Shown one piece after another: positions 37,417 through 48,497 of a stretch of DNA of 64,000 bases. The notes under the pieces were generated by a model. It was given only the letters and a program-made list of their open reading frames with translations, had not been told where the DNA came from and did not search any database. How positions within the stretch are numbered: the stretch's first letter is position 1; the number at the start of each line of letters is the position of its first letter. Source of the stretch: Saprolegnia diclina VS20 (taxonomy: Eukaryota); NCBI RefSeq assembly GCF_000281045.1, contig NW_008246068.1, positions 46,564-110,563 of the forward strand. The letters are read 5' to 3'. The position numbers were made by a program, and so were the translations under genes.

Positions 37417-38760
37417 ATGGATCCGAAAGCTACGACTACAGTGCTGTACGTGCGCGCCGAGGACCTTACGGACGACGTCGACGTCATGCCCGCCTCGGTC
37501 CTCGACGACATTCGCCTCCACACGCGCTTCATCTGGTGGTCGCTGCTCTTCCTCAACGGCAGCTGCCTCTGGGCCTACTACTCGTGCTTGTCGGCGCAGA
37601 CGTACTACGCCGCGCGGTTTGTCAACACGACGTTCCGGTTCGAGTACCTCACGACGCCGATCTCGACATGGCCCATGTTCCTCGGGCACTTGGTGCAAGT
37701 GCTGCTCGGGCTCGACTCGAAGCTTGGCGTGCTCTGGCGCGTCCGCGTCGGCTACAGCCTCTACCTTCTCTCGGCGCTCGCGATCGTCCTCCAAGACGTG
37801 TGCAATGTGTCCCCCGACGTGGGCGGTCGCATCGTCTTGGTTGCGTTTGGCACCGTCGGCTTTTCCAACTCGCTCACGGAAGCCACGTTCTACGCGCTCT
37901 CGGCGCTCTTCCCCGAAGCCATCTTCACCAACGCCATGCAGCTCGGCAATGGCACGTCCGGCATCCTCAACATCTCGCTCAACACGCTCATCCAGCTGTG
38001 CGTCGGCGGGCTCGATCCCCCGACGCATGCACTCCACGAGATCCAGCAGGTCTCGTTCTACATCTTCTTCAGCATCTTTATGCTGGTCTGCTTCCTTGCG
38101 CTCATCGTGTACCACGAGCTGCTGCGCATTCCGTCGCTCATCTACCTGGTCGCGCGGACCAATGCGACGACTGCGTCCCGGCGCGAGGCGCTGCCGGCGA
38201 CGTGGGCCCGTCTCGGGCGCATCACCCACGTGCTCTTTCTGCCGCTCGTGAGCCAGTGCCTCATCTTCGTCGTCTCGCTAGTGAGCTTCCCCGGCATTGG
38301 CATCTCGTCCGGGTACCAGCTCGCCAACGGTGCGAGTTGGGCCAACTGGTATGTCAATGGCGTGCTTCTGAGCTACAATTACGGCGACTTTGCCGGCCGC
38401 ATGCTCGCGCCCAAGCTCTACCCGTACTTTACTCTGCACTCGTGCTTTTGGTGGACGATCGCGCGCGGTTTGCTGTTCCTTGCGCTCCTCGTGGGGCTGC
38501 CTGGGGACGGCCATAACCCGCTGTACCTGCTGACCGAGGCGCACGCCTTGAATGTAGTGTGGCAGCTGCTCGTGAATCTACTCCTCGGCCTCTCGACCGG
38601 CGTCCTGAGCACGATCACGATTGGCCTCGGGCCGCGCTTGCTGCCCCAAGAAGACCGCGAGTCGGCCGGCGCCATCATGTGTCTCGGTCTCTTCCTCGGC
38701 ATTTCGTCTGGCGCGACCATTGGCCTCGAGATTGGCCAGCGCCATTGGCTTGGCGCCTAG
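37417..38760 (+). CDS. Equilibrative nucleoside transporter (ENT/SLC29)
   Basis: About 11 TM segments; FTNAMQLGNGTSG, SLVSFPG, YNYGDFAGR, LLGLSTGVL..GPRLL..RESAG..LFLGISSG. Confidence 0.9.
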   Translation: MDPKATTTVLYVRAEDLTDDVDVMPASVLDDIRLHTRFIWWSLLFLNGSCLWAYYSCLSAQTYYAARFVNTTFRFEYLTTPISTWPMFLGHLVQVLLGLDSKLGVLWRVRVGYSLYLLSALAIVLQDVCNVSPDVGGRIVLVAFGTVGFSNSLTEATFYALSALFPEAIFTNAMQLGNGTSGILNISLNTLIQLCVGGLDPPTHALHEIQQVSFYIFFSIFMLVCFLALIVYHELLRIPSLIYLVARTNATTASRREALPATWARLGRITHVLFLPLVSQCLIFVVSLVSFPGIGISSGYQLANGASWANWYVNGVLLSYNYGDFAGRMLAPKLYPYFTLHSCFWWTIARGLLFLALLVGLPGDGHNPLYLLTEAHALNVVWQLLVNLLLGLSTGVLSTITIGLGPRLLPQEDRESAGAIMCLGLFLGISSGATIGLEIGQRHWLGA

Positions 38761-39593
38761 TCGATGCGTTGCTACGTGAGTGTACATGATGTCTAACTAA
38801 CTTTGTATAAAGTCGGCGGTTTATTTGGGATGGCGTGTTTTTGCTGCACTTGGGAGTAGGGGTAGGGCTGAGTCTTGCCAGCGGACCGACTGTACACGCA
38901 GATCTACTAGCTGTGGCCTGGGCTATGGCTAGCGAGTCGGCGGGCTGCAGTGGCTGCGGCTCGAGCTCGTGAGAGCGACAGGGTCCAGGCTTCTCCCTAC
39001 GGATAGGTGGTTGAGTTCATATCTTTTACACTCGGTATACAAGAAGCAAGTACTGTACAAAGGGTTGCTTGAGATTTTACACTCATGACTGCAATGTGGA
39101 GTCGCCAAACCTTCATTTTCCATTTTGCATCCGACTGGCCACAACCACCTCCGCTTCCTGTAGCCTCGCGAGACTGCCCGCTCCGCTCTACTCGACCACC
39201 CACTCACCAACAACAACTAGGACTACGCGCTCCAATACCGACAAGAAGCAGGAGTAGCGCGACGCCTCGACCGCCGCACAGGCCACTCCACAGGTGGTTC
39301 TGGACGAAGTTCGTCCGGTGTTTGGCTCGCCAAGCGCTCGCGGTGATGAGCGAAGAGACTGCGACGGAGGAGAGCCTCCGTGCACTCAAGCGCGCTTTGC
39401 TGCGGCGCGACGGCGGTCGACGTGTCGTAGTGTAACAACGATATAGATGCGGCCAAATAGGACAGACGTGTGGCCTAGTGCTGCCTACTACTCAATGTCC
39501 TTGCTGCCATAACATCAACAATTTCATGAATCTTTAGATCTATTTAGCAAACGAGATCTTAGTTTTGATGGTTTCTGCAGCATTATGATAGGG

Positions 39594-41387
39594 CTAGGGT
39601 ACGACCTCGGGCTTGACGACGGGCTCGGTCTTGATACGTGTTGACCGCTTGGCACTTGGCTCGTCGTCGGTCGATGGCGTTTGGCGCTTGCTTGCGACCG
39701 ACGCCTTGGGTTTGGTGATCTTGATGCGTGTGACTTTGAACCCTTGGATCTTGGTGACGACGGGCTCCGACGGTGGCGCGCGTGCGTGTGGTTGCGGTGC
39801 GGCATGGGACTGCGACGGACGCCGGACGTGGGTGACTCGGACAGGCACAGTTGGCGCTGGTGGCGCAAGCAGCTCGGTCTTGACCGCAACCGAGTCGAGA
39901 GGTGACGTATACTCGGGCGGCGGCGTGGAAGCCGGCGAGCACAGATCAATGGCCTCGGTCATTGGCTCACAGGGCGACAGAATAAGCTCTGCTTTGACGG
40001 GAAGCGCTGGCACGTCGTTTGGTAAGCGCGCAACGGCAGCACTGGCGACGGGTGGTGGTGGCGAGAGGACGGGAGGCGGCGTCACTGCCAAGCGAGGCAT
40101 CTCCTTGGGCTCGGGCGTTGCAGGGACGACCGGTGGCGACGCGATCTCGGAGGCAGCAGAAGCATTGTGCTCGTCCGTGTTGCTCCTCAGCGGTGCGAAA
40201 GCCGTATTCGAGATCGCTGGAGCTGACGAAACGACCGACGGCGCATCCAGAGGCGTCACCGTCATGGGACGAGGCTCAGCGGGCCTGGACAGCGCCGGTA
40301 CGACGGGCGGTGTAGACATGGCGGGCGGTACAGACACGATGGGCGGTGCAGCGTCGACAGGCGATGCCTCGATCTCGGGCTCAACCATCTCATCTGCAAG
40401 CGGCAGCTCAAGATCTAGTGCAGCCGTATTGCCCGCCGACGTTGGAGCCTCTTCCAGGACGTCGACGGGTTCCTTCGCCACCTCAGTCTCGGGCTCGATG
40501 TCTGTAAGCTCGACGACTGGCGTGGCGACGTCGTCGGTACCTTCCGGACGCAGCAGTACCTCGGGTGTGTCGACGGCGTCGGCAACGTCTTTGGGCGAGA
40601 GCGTCAAAGGCGGTGCGTGCTGGACACTGACGCGCATCTGTAGGAAGCGTGTGTACTCGGCAACGTCCCAGTGCTCGTGCTCAAAGGTCGTCGCATCGGG
40701 AACGGCGTCGGCCGCGGCGTGCGTGAGAAGCACCATCGCAAGCTTGGCGCGCATCTCGGCTGCAAACGCGGCCACGGCCGCCGTCGTTGCCGCCGGCCAC
40801 TCGGGTAGCGTCGTCGGCGGCAGCGCGGCTTCTAAGAATGGATCGATGATCGCTCGTTGTACGTGGTTGACTGACGCAGGCGCGTCGATGGTCGCGGTCG
40901 AGGCGCGCGTGTACAGGGCGTAGAGCTCTCGAAGTCCATGACGACTGGCTGCGCAGAGTTGGTGCCACATGTGGTACGGACTAGAAGCATTGTGAATGTT
41001 GGGATGCAGCGCGGGCGCAATGGCAGCGAGAAGGTACTGGCTGGCGTGGCGCACGGCGCGCTGGTGCATCGTCTCGACCTCGTTGGCGATGGCCTCGACA
41101 ACGCGTCGTTGGACTTGGCGCGCGCGGCGTGCAATCGCCACCTGGAGGCGCACGTCGCTGAGCGTGTCATCATCCACGTCCGGAATCGCGCTGTCTGCCG
41201 CCGCCATGAGCATGTGCATCGTGGCTGGGCCAATGGCGTTGGCGTGGCCCGGGTCTTCGTAGCCGTTAACGAGATAGTAGGTAGCGCAGTTGGCGGCGCT
41301 GGCAGCGGCCAAGAACCCCGGCTGCCATGCGGGAAGCTGCGCGAGCTGCTCCAGGCGCGGGCCGCCGAATGGCGAGGAGCGGACCAT
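39594..41387 (-). CDS. Gag-like protein A (copia-type Gag homology plus long Pro-rich tail, no knuckle)
   Basis: FGGPRLEQLAQLPAWQPGFLAAA..TYY..YEDP; ASQYLLAAIAPALHPNIHNASSPYHMWHQL; AKLAMVLLTHA; homologous to the five neighbours. Confidence 0.7.
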   Translation of the reverse strand: MVRSSPFGGPRLEQLAQLPAWQPGFLAAASAANCATYYLVNGYEDPGHANAIGPATMHMLMAAADSAIPDVDDDTLSDVRLQVAIARRARQVQRRVVEAIANEVETMHQRAVRHASQYLLAAIAPALHPNIHNASSPYHMWHQLCAASRHGLRELYALYTRASTATIDAPASVNHVQRAIIDPFLEAALPPTTLPEWPAATTAAVAAFAAEMRAKLAMVLLTHAAADAVPDATTFEHEHWDVAEYTRFLQMRVSVQHAPPLTLSPKDVADAVDTPEVLLRPEGTDDVATPVVELTDIEPETEVAKEPVDVLEEAPTSAGNTAALDLELPLADEMVEPEIEASPVDAAPPIVSVPPAMSTPPVVPALSRPAEPRPMTVTPLDAPSVVSSAPAISNTAFAPLRSNTDEHNASAASEIASPPVVPATPEPKEMPRLAVTPPPVLSPPPPVASAAVARLPNDVPALPVKAELILSPCEPMTEAIDLCSPASTPPPEYTSPLDSVAVKTELLAPPAPTVPVRVTHVRRPSQSHAAPQPHARAPPSEPVVTKIQGFKVTRIKITKPKASVASKRQTPSTDDEPSAKRSTRIKTEPVVKPEVVP

Positions 41388-41945
41388 CGTGCGTCGCCCC
41401 GCAACTTGCTTGGTGCATCCAGAATCAGGAATCCATCCAGTTATAACCGAGTGTTACGATATGTTAGGAGTATTAAACAGGTGGAAATACAGTATAGGTC
41501 CCGCCCGACACATGCCATCGATACGGCCAGTGCGCTTCAAGACTACGTCCTCCAACAAGGATCGCTCGATTCAATACGGTGCGTTCACGAATTAAACGAC
41601 GCTACTCGATACCGCGACGCTAGTATGCCTGCGAGAGGCAAACCTGGCACTTCGAATTCTGTAACACGTATGTGTTTTAAACAAAAGTGTTAGATACGTT
41701 GGTAATTCTGGCCAATCAACAACCGCGACCAACGATCTGCCAGCATCCAGCTGGCAGACAGGCAGCGGCGCCAGAAGCACACGACCGCTCCCGTGGCCAT
41801 ACCGCCCGTCCTGCTTCAACCAAAACGAAGCTGCAGGTGCTGCATGACTAACTTTCTTTATAGGGTTATACATGGGGGGCTACGTGAACGACAACGCTGC
41901 TTCCCGCTTCCTCGACCCTCGACGATGGCGGGCATACCTACAGCG

Positions 41946-43040
41946 CTACAAGGTCGACGTGCGGCTGCGGCGCATGCAGCGCTCTTCCAGCAGTTGTCGC
42001 TTCTCGGCGATATCGACGGGTGTAGCTGGCGCCTCCTTGCGCTTGCCGCGGTACTTGCGAATGAGGCCCTTCCGCATCAACGCCGCTTCATCGCTCGCGG
42101 TGCGCGGGACGTACGCAAGCGTACACGCCTGGCCGTCGATGGTCGGAAACGGTAGACTTCCGGTAATGAAATCCGTGCGGAAATTGCGATTTTCCCAGTC
42201 CAAGGTGTGCTGCCGGCACATGCCAATGCGATGGTCGTCGTAGCCGCAGTAGGCACATGCCATGTGGGACGACGGCATCGGGCGCGCACTTGCTTTGGCC
42301 ATCGACGGCAGCAAGTGAATCTGAACGCGGGCGACGTCCGACGATGATAGCCCCGAGAGCACACTCGCATCATGGGGGCCCGACGCGTGCGCCAGCAAGA
42401 CACACTTGAGCTTGGTCGTCAACGCCGTTTTGTACGCTGCCACGGCGGGCGCGTCGACGTCGGCGGGCGACGTCAACAGCTGCTCCAAGAACGGGTCGAC
42501 AGCGGCGTCAAAGCGCTGAAAGAAATCGCCCGGCGCCTCGTAGTTGGGTCGTTTGGCTTGGAAGCGCATGTCGGTCACCTTGGCGTAGGCGCGCTGGAGC
42601 GAGCCCACGTCGTTGGACGCTGCGGCAGTCAGTCGCTGCCACATGCCGTACGGGTCCGTAGTCGGCGCCACATGAGGATGAAGCGACGGCGCAATGGCCG
42701 AGAGGAGGTACTCGCACGCGTACTGGACTCTCTGCGATCGAATCTCACTGCACTCGGAAGCAATGGCGTCCTTGAGACGCGCGTCGAGATGGCGCTGGCG
42801 CATGATCTCGGCGCCTTCGCGCTGTGCCGGCGTGAGGTCGTCTGGGACGTCGGGCATCGCGGCGTTGACGGTGACTTGCAGCTCGTGCAACCGCGCCGGG
42901 CCAATCGTGTCGACAATGGTCGCGTCCTGGTAGTGGGGACGCGTGTAGTAGGCGGTCATTGTAGCGTCACTGGCCGCGAGGAACGCCGGCTGCCACGTCG
43001 ATAGCCCATCTAGGCACTCCAGGCGCGGACCTGTGAACAT
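41946..43040 (-). CDS. Gag-like protein B with one CCHC knuckle
   Basis: FTGPRLECLDGLSTWQPAFLAA; ACEYLLSAIAPSLHPHVAPTTDPYGMWQRL; TKLKCVLLAHA; CAYCGYDDHRIGMC. Confidence 0.75.
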   Translation of the reverse strand: MFTGPRLECLDGLSTWQPAFLAASDATMTAYYTRPHYQDATIVDTIGPARLHELQVTVNAAMPDVPDDLTPAQREGAEIMRQRHLDARLKDAIASECSEIRSQRVQYACEYLLSAIAPSLHPHVAPTTDPYGMWQRLTAAASNDVGSLQRAYAKVTDMRFQAKRPNYEAPGDFFQRFDAAVDPFLEQLLTSPADVDAPAVAAYKTALTTKLKCVLLAHASGPHDASVLSGLSSSDVARVQIHLLPSMAKASARPMPSSHMACAYCGYDDHRIGMCRQHTLDWENRNFRTDFITGSLPFPTIDGQACTLAYVPRTASDEAALMRKGLIRKYRGKRKEAPATPVDIAEKRQLLEERCMRRSRTSTL

Positions 43041-43879
43041 TGCAGAGGAAACGGGTTCTGGGCACTGGGTGGCGTTGGCGCCATCGTGCAAAACGCTCGA
43101 TTTAGAACGAGCCAATCAGCGTGCAAAAACGGGTTTTCGCGGACCAATCAGAAGACGCGAATCAGCGATCCGGCGGTTGTGGGAGATCAAAGTCGCCTTA
43201 TTGGTATGGATGATGGAAGCGTTCCCGTTGCCTATTGCTGAGCCTAGCTGGCCTCCATTGGCGTGCCGACGGGCACCAGCATCTCAGCGCGGAACGTCCG
43301 ACGGTGCGGGCTAAGCCTCGTTGCTTGGCGCAGCTCGAGACTGCTCACGTCAACGACGCGCTTTTCGGGACCTTGGGATCCCAACCGTCTGCTTAAAGCT
43401 GCAACACATAGAACGAGCGGTGACATACGCCGTTGTTTCTATGGATACGCTCACCAACCTCGCTTGTACACGCGGACAGCGGCGGCTCAACGAGCCGAAG
43501 CACGACATCAGCGTCATCGCAGACGGGTCTCCATCATTTAGGTTGTGTTCCCATTGCTCGCAGTAGCACTACTCGTACGCAGACTAAGTGTGCCACGGTC
43601 GTTGGACCTCTTGACACGTCGGTCGTTGGCGCAGTGTCGAGCTGCCGCCGCTTCATCTGAGCTCTCGAGCTCAGTCTCTTCCATGGCGCTACCAGCCGCT
43701 TCGTCAAGAGCATGGATGTATGCGAGCTGGAGGTCCGATGGCCACCGCCTGGAGCTACGCTCGTGTATCATCATCGCGAATTGCGAAACACGTAAATAGT
43801 GTACATGCATCACGCGAATAGTGTACAATTAATTACTAGGGCTCCGATCCAAAATTTTGAGGAGCACGCCCGAGCAACG

Positions 43880-45034
43880 ATGACGACTGCGTACGCTGAC
43901 GCGCCCGAGCTCCTGGACATGGAGCTCTTCCACACATGGTCGACAAGCTTTCTCGACTCGGCGCCTGCGCTGGCGCCCTACTACCGCGTCCGCGGGCACG
44001 ACGACGCAGCGGTGGGCCTCCCGGACTACCAGCTGACCAAGATCAAGGCGGACGCCGCAGCCGAGGTCCCGGTGGGCGTCAAGGGGCGGCGACTGCGCGA
44101 TTTGATTGCTGCCAAGTCGCAGCAGGCCCGGCGCGGTTTCGCGTCGATGCGCCTCTTTACGTGTCTGCCCAAGGCCGTGCAGCGCGACCTGAGCCGTGAC
44201 GGCGTGGACATGGATCCGTTCAACCTGTGGCAAAAGCTGCTCGGGCTCGTCACCAAGTCGCCGGTCGAGCTCTGTACGGCCTTCCATGCGCTCGTGGCCT
44301 CGACAGCGACGGCGTCGGTGCCAGCTCCCGACGACTTCAACTCGGCCGTCGGCGCAGTTCTCGATGGCCTCTTGGCCTACGACGCCGCCGCGCCGTGGAC
44401 GCCCGAGACATATCGCGCGGCGATCGCGGCCAAGCTGAAGACTCTTCTTTTTGCGCACCCGGCGCGCATGCGCAGCCGCCAAGGCGTGGAAGATGCGCTG
44501 AACGCTTGGGACTTCGACCAGCTCGTGCAGCTCGCGTCGGCGCCACAGGACGAGCCTCCGCCAGACGTCGTCGCGCCTCGACCCGTGGCGAGAGCCAGCG
44601 ACTCTGGCTCATCTCGGATGCATGTCCTCTTCCGCAAGCCGGCGCCACCCGCGGACCCGACGGAAATCCCACTTTTGGCGCAGCCGAGTGGCTTGCGACC
44701 TCTCGGTCACCGTCCGATGTGTGGAATTCTGGACGACGACAACGACACCAGCGACTCGGAGTCGCCGCCACCGTCGCCGGATGGCAGAGCTGCAGCGCTC
44801 CGTCGACCACCGCCACTGCGCGCGCCGGTCAAATCGTCGCTGCCCGCGCCCGCCCGACAACCCCGCTTGACGACCTATGGGCAGCAGACCCTTGGAGACA
44901 TTGCGCGCCGCGCAGAGCAGCAGAATATGTCGACTAAAGCGGCAGCGTCGACCTCGTCCTTGAAGCGTCCGGCCAAGCGACGCGCAAGCAGTCCGAGCCC
45001 GACGCCCGCCAAGCGCTCCGCCCCTCGGGTGTAG
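43880..45034 (+). CDS. Gag-like protein C (Pro/basic tail, no knuckle)
   Basis: YADAPELLDMELFHTWSTSFL..PYY; ASMRLFTCLPKAVQ..MDPFNLWQKL; AKLKTLLFAH..WDF. Confidence 0.65.
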   Translation: MTTAYADAPELLDMELFHTWSTSFLDSAPALAPYYRVRGHDDAAVGLPDYQLTKIKADAAAEVPVGVKGRRLRDLIAAKSQQARRGFASMRLFTCLPKAVQRDLSRDGVDMDPFNLWQKLLGLVTKSPVELCTAFHALVASTATASVPAPDDFNSAVGAVLDGLLAYDAAAPWTPETYRAAIAAKLKTLLFAHPARMRSRQGVEDALNAWDFDQLVQLASAPQDEPPPDVVAPRPVARASDSGSSRMHVLFRKPAPPADPTEIPLLAQPSGLRPLGHRPMCGILDDDNDTSDSESPPPSPDGRAAALRRPPPLRAPVKSSLPAPARQPRLTTYGQQTLGDIARRAEQQNMSTKAAASTSSLKRPAKRRASSPSPTPAKRSAPRV

Positions 45035-45428
45035 TGAACGCCTTGACGAGGCGGGCGACCTTTTGCATGTTGTCAAGTTTAGTTGAATTCTTTAGTCGAA
45101 GCGTTGTTGAAGTGCAGGCGACTGCTACACTCTGGAGTCTCTTGGGTCACTGGATGCACACCGATCCAGATGTGGTCGCACACGAGACCGAGATCATCAC
45201 TAGACAGTGTACTAAGAGCAGCCCGGCACGCTCTTGTTGGCAAGCGAGTCCATGCAATCGTGTACTACTAGTTATGTAGTCGTTTAGTAGGTGGTAGTCG
45301 CATGTTCGCGTTGGACTGCGCAGTTTACTTCGACTAAACGACTGTACGATTAGACACACACGAATTTACACCTACATACTATTTGGCGTTTCTACTTTTG
45401 GTATCCGGATGCCACACCTTGGACCACA

Positions 45429-46568
45429 ATGGCAGACATCGTCGGCGCGTTCGCGCAGGCGCTGCAGCACCGCTACACGAGCTCCGGAAGCTCTGGCCCA
45501 GCGTACCTCAGCGCGCTGGAAGCGTCGTCAGCTACCTTTCTCGATGCGCTCTTCGCCTCGTGTGGTGATGACCTTGGGCGGCTCCGGGACCTGCTGCAAT
45601 GCGTCTTGCTGGCGCAGACGCTTCCACCGGCTCTGGCGACGCAGCTTCAAACGTGGCGAGCAGATGAGCCTCGATGGGACTATGCTAGCATCAAGCAACG
45701 CGTTGTGACGGCCATGACTGACGCGGCCACGCCGCTACGCAAGCGCCGACGCGCGGCCACCGACGCATTGACCTTGGACGACTCTGCGCACCAGCCACGC
45801 CGCTTCCGAGATAGCGACTGCGCGATCTGCAATACGTGCATGCACCCAACGCATGCGTGCCCCAAGCTCGATCCGCAAAGCCACGCGCTCGCGACGTACG
45901 GATGCTCGTACTGCTCGACGTACTGCCACACCCTCGAACGCTGCGCGACCTTGCGCATGGATCTTGGCGCCGACTCAGTGCGCGCCGGGGCTATCGTCCC
46001 TGCATGGCTTGTGTGTAGCTACTGCCGCCTCTTTGGTGTACTCGACTGCCACGACGCCGCGTACTGCAGCCGTCTCGCCCACGATCGGCGGTCGGGTGTG
46101 GTGCATGGCAGCTACAAGGCAAGACCGACCGACGACGTAGCATCGTCGCCACCGGCGCCAGCACCTCAAGCTGCCACGCATGTCCACGCGTCGGCGCGTC
46201 GCAAGGTTGTTCAACAGGCGTCCCGTCCTCGTCCGCCACGCGCCACCCTCGAGTGCTTGTACTGTTCATCGACCAAGCATGCCACGCGCAACTGCGGGGA
46301 CTTGCGCCGGGACGTACGCTACAACTGCGTTCGGTCGACGTTCGAGCTGCCACCCGACCTCGCTTGCGCCTACTGCAAAGTCCGCGGGGATGTCAAGCTC
46401 CACAGTACGATGCGCTGCCGCCAATTGGAGCTCGATCTGCAGTACGGTGACGTCCGGCTCGCGTTCGAGTCGGTGCGACCGCGGTCGTCGGGGCCACCGC
46501 GCGCAACGGCCGCTGAATTTGAAGCCGCGCTGGAGAAACTACGGCGAGCTCGGAAGGCCGCTGCGTAG
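45429..46568 (+). CDS. Gag-like protein D: C-terminal half of the Gag-like domain plus five zinc knuckles
   Basis: LLQCVLLAQTLPP..WRADEPRWDYASIKQRVV; CAICNTCMHPTHAC, CSYCSTYCHTLERC, CSYCRLFGVLDCHDAAYC, CLYCSSTKHATRNC, CAYCKVRGDVKLHSTMRC. Confidence 0.75.
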   Translation: MADIVGAFAQALQHRYTSSGSSGPAYLSALEASSATFLDALFASCGDDLGRLRDLLQCVLLAQTLPPALATQLQTWRADEPRWDYASIKQRVVTAMTDAATPLRKRRRAATDALTLDDSAHQPRRFRDSDCAICNTCMHPTHACPKLDPQSHALATYGCSYCSTYCHTLERCATLRMDLGADSVRAGAIVPAWLVCSYCRLFGVLDCHDAAYCSRLAHDRRSGVVHGSYKARPTDDVASSPPAPAPQAATHVHASARRKVVQQASRPRPPRATLECLYCSSTKHATRNCGDLRRDVRYNCVRSTFELPPDLACAYCKVRGDVKLHSTMRCRQLELDLQYGDVRLAFESVRPRSSGPPRATAAEFEAALEKLRRARKAAA

Positions 46569-46893
46569 CGAGTACTAGTACTATCGTAGCGTCAAATGCG
46601 TTGCATGCGAGTCCGTGTCCTCGGGCCTTGTTTGGGTGTTTCTAGTCATTCGACTCTTTTTCGGCACTTGCCACATCTACACCAACGGCGCATCATGCAA
46701 CAATGGGAGAGCCCTGCCGACTTGCACCGGTGCGAGCGACAGCCAATTCGACTGCACTGCACTTGGAGCGAGTATAGTGCTATGAAGAAAGCGCTAAGTC
46801 GCTTGTTGTCATCGCTGGAGCCTTGTGGGGCCGCAGCACGTGGCAGATGCCACGTTGAAAATGACCGTATTTTCAAAACGCCGAAAATAGAAG

Positions 46894-48300
46894 ATGACAA
46901 AGAACGGCGGGACGTACGATGGCCCGAAGCTGGAAGCATGGGATGGCTTTCTGCTCTGGAAGCCGCTCTTCCTGCAGGCGCCGGCGACCGCCAAGTACGT
47001 TAACTACTACCTTATTGACAACTACGCAGATGCCCACCTCGAAGAGCTCATCTCATCCGACGAGCGCGCTCGGCTCCATGGCGTCGCGACCAAGTCGGCG
47101 ACGCCCGTGTACGCGGAGCTCCTCTCGAGCGAAGAGCTCGCCGGCGCCACCAAGCGCTACCATAGCGAAGTCGCCATGGTCACGTCCAAGCTTGTGGCGT
47201 CGGTAGTCAAGCGGCTGCAAGGCGCCATGGCGGCGCAGGCCACTGCGTACCTTCGAAGTGCCATTGCGCCATCGCTGGGCGCAGAGCTGCCGCCGCAGCC
47301 GCAGACGCCACACAGTCTCTGGAAGTACGTGATGACGCAGAGCCAGCCGCCGTTCTACGATGTCTTTGGCCTCTTCGAGTACACGCTGGGCATCCAGTTG
47401 CAGCGGCCGTCGGCGGCAGATTCCTTCTTTGCCGCGTTTGAGCCAGCGGTGGCCGCGCTGCTGACAGCGCTACTCTCGCTCCACGACGTCTCGAGTCTCT
47501 TTGTCGGCGTCGACGACATGGAAAGCGCGCACACGGTGCTCACGCGCTACCAGACGCAGCTGACCGCCAAGCTGCAAGTGTGCTTGCTCGCCCACGCCGT
47601 CGCCCCCAACTTGACGTCGCTCTTCAAGCCAAACCCAACGACGTTCGACTATGCAACCACCAAGCTCCGTCTCCTCGAGTACGTCAACTCGGTACCGGCG
47701 AGTGCTGTCTTTCTCTCGAGCGACGACGACCGGAACGAGACGCAGCGCAAGCGCATGGCGGGCATCGAGACGTCCCTTCGATCGACAAAAAAGCCAAAAA
47801 TGCAGATCAACCTGCCAACAACGCTCGGGCCAGCCTCGGTGACGAGCCCCTCGTCATCTATTCTCAAGGCAGCGCGACCGCCGACTCCGACGCCACTGCA
47901 AAAAGCAGCAACGAACGGTCCTGTCGGTAGCATGTCGCCGCTCCAGCGGACGCCACCATCGCGCGTGCCCGTCGCATCGGCAGGTCGCCCGTCGACGCGT
48001 CAGCAGCCCGCCCCGAGGCCGCCAAAGCCATTGCCAATGACGGCGGACAATGCGATGTGCAACTACTGTCGGCTGGCGCCGCACCACCTCACTGCCTGCC
48101 AGCAGTTTGTCGCGGACGTTGCGCGCTTCCAGGTGACGCGAGGCTTTTCGGTTCCGGACGATGCGTGCTGCACCCACTGCATCAAGCTCGGGCATGTCCT
48201 GCCGCACCGTGCAAAAGGCTGCCCACGGCTCGCATCGCTCGTCAACGCTCAGGCGGCCAACCCAGCTCGTTACGTCCACAACCGTCGCAAGCCGTCCTGA
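46894..48300 (+). CDS. Gag-like protein E with double zinc knuckle
   Basis: YDGPKLEAWDGFLLWKPLFL..NYY..YADA; ATAYLRSAIAPSL..TPHSLWKYV; AKLQVCLLAHA; CNYCRLAPHHLTAC..CTHCIKLGHVLPHRAKGC. Confidence 0.75.
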   Translation: MTKNGGTYDGPKLEAWDGFLLWKPLFLQAPATAKYVNYYLIDNYADAHLEELISSDERARLHGVATKSATPVYAELLSSEELAGATKRYHSEVAMVTSKLVASVVKRLQGAMAAQATAYLRSAIAPSLGAELPPQPQTPHSLWKYVMTQSQPPFYDVFGLFEYTLGIQLQRPSAADSFFAAFEPAVAALLTALLSLHDVSSLFVGVDDMESAHTVLTRYQTQLTAKLQVCLLAHAVAPNLTSLFKPNPTTFDYATTKLRLLEYVNSVPASAVFLSSDDDRNETQRKRMAGIETSLRSTKKPKMQINLPTTLGPASVTSPSSSILKAARPPTPTPLQKAATNGPVGSMSPLQRTPPSRVPVASAGRPSTRQQPAPRPPKPLPMTADNAMCNYCRLAPHHLTACQQFVADVARFQVTRGFSVPDDACCTHCIKLGHVLPHRAKGCPRLASLVNAQAANPARYVHNRRKPS

Positions 48301-48497
48301 GTCCATGACCTCTTTTTAACTAGTGTTAGCGTAGTCGTTTAGTCAATAGCTCTTGGTTGGTCTCTTCGCCGTCCTCGCTGCGGAGGCCGCACAGACGAGC
48401 CCTAGCCCTATTACACTATTTATATAGTGTGATCTTTTTTTGAAATAGTGTTTTTAGAAGGCCGGGCAAATCCATATTTGGAGAACAAGCAAGCGCG

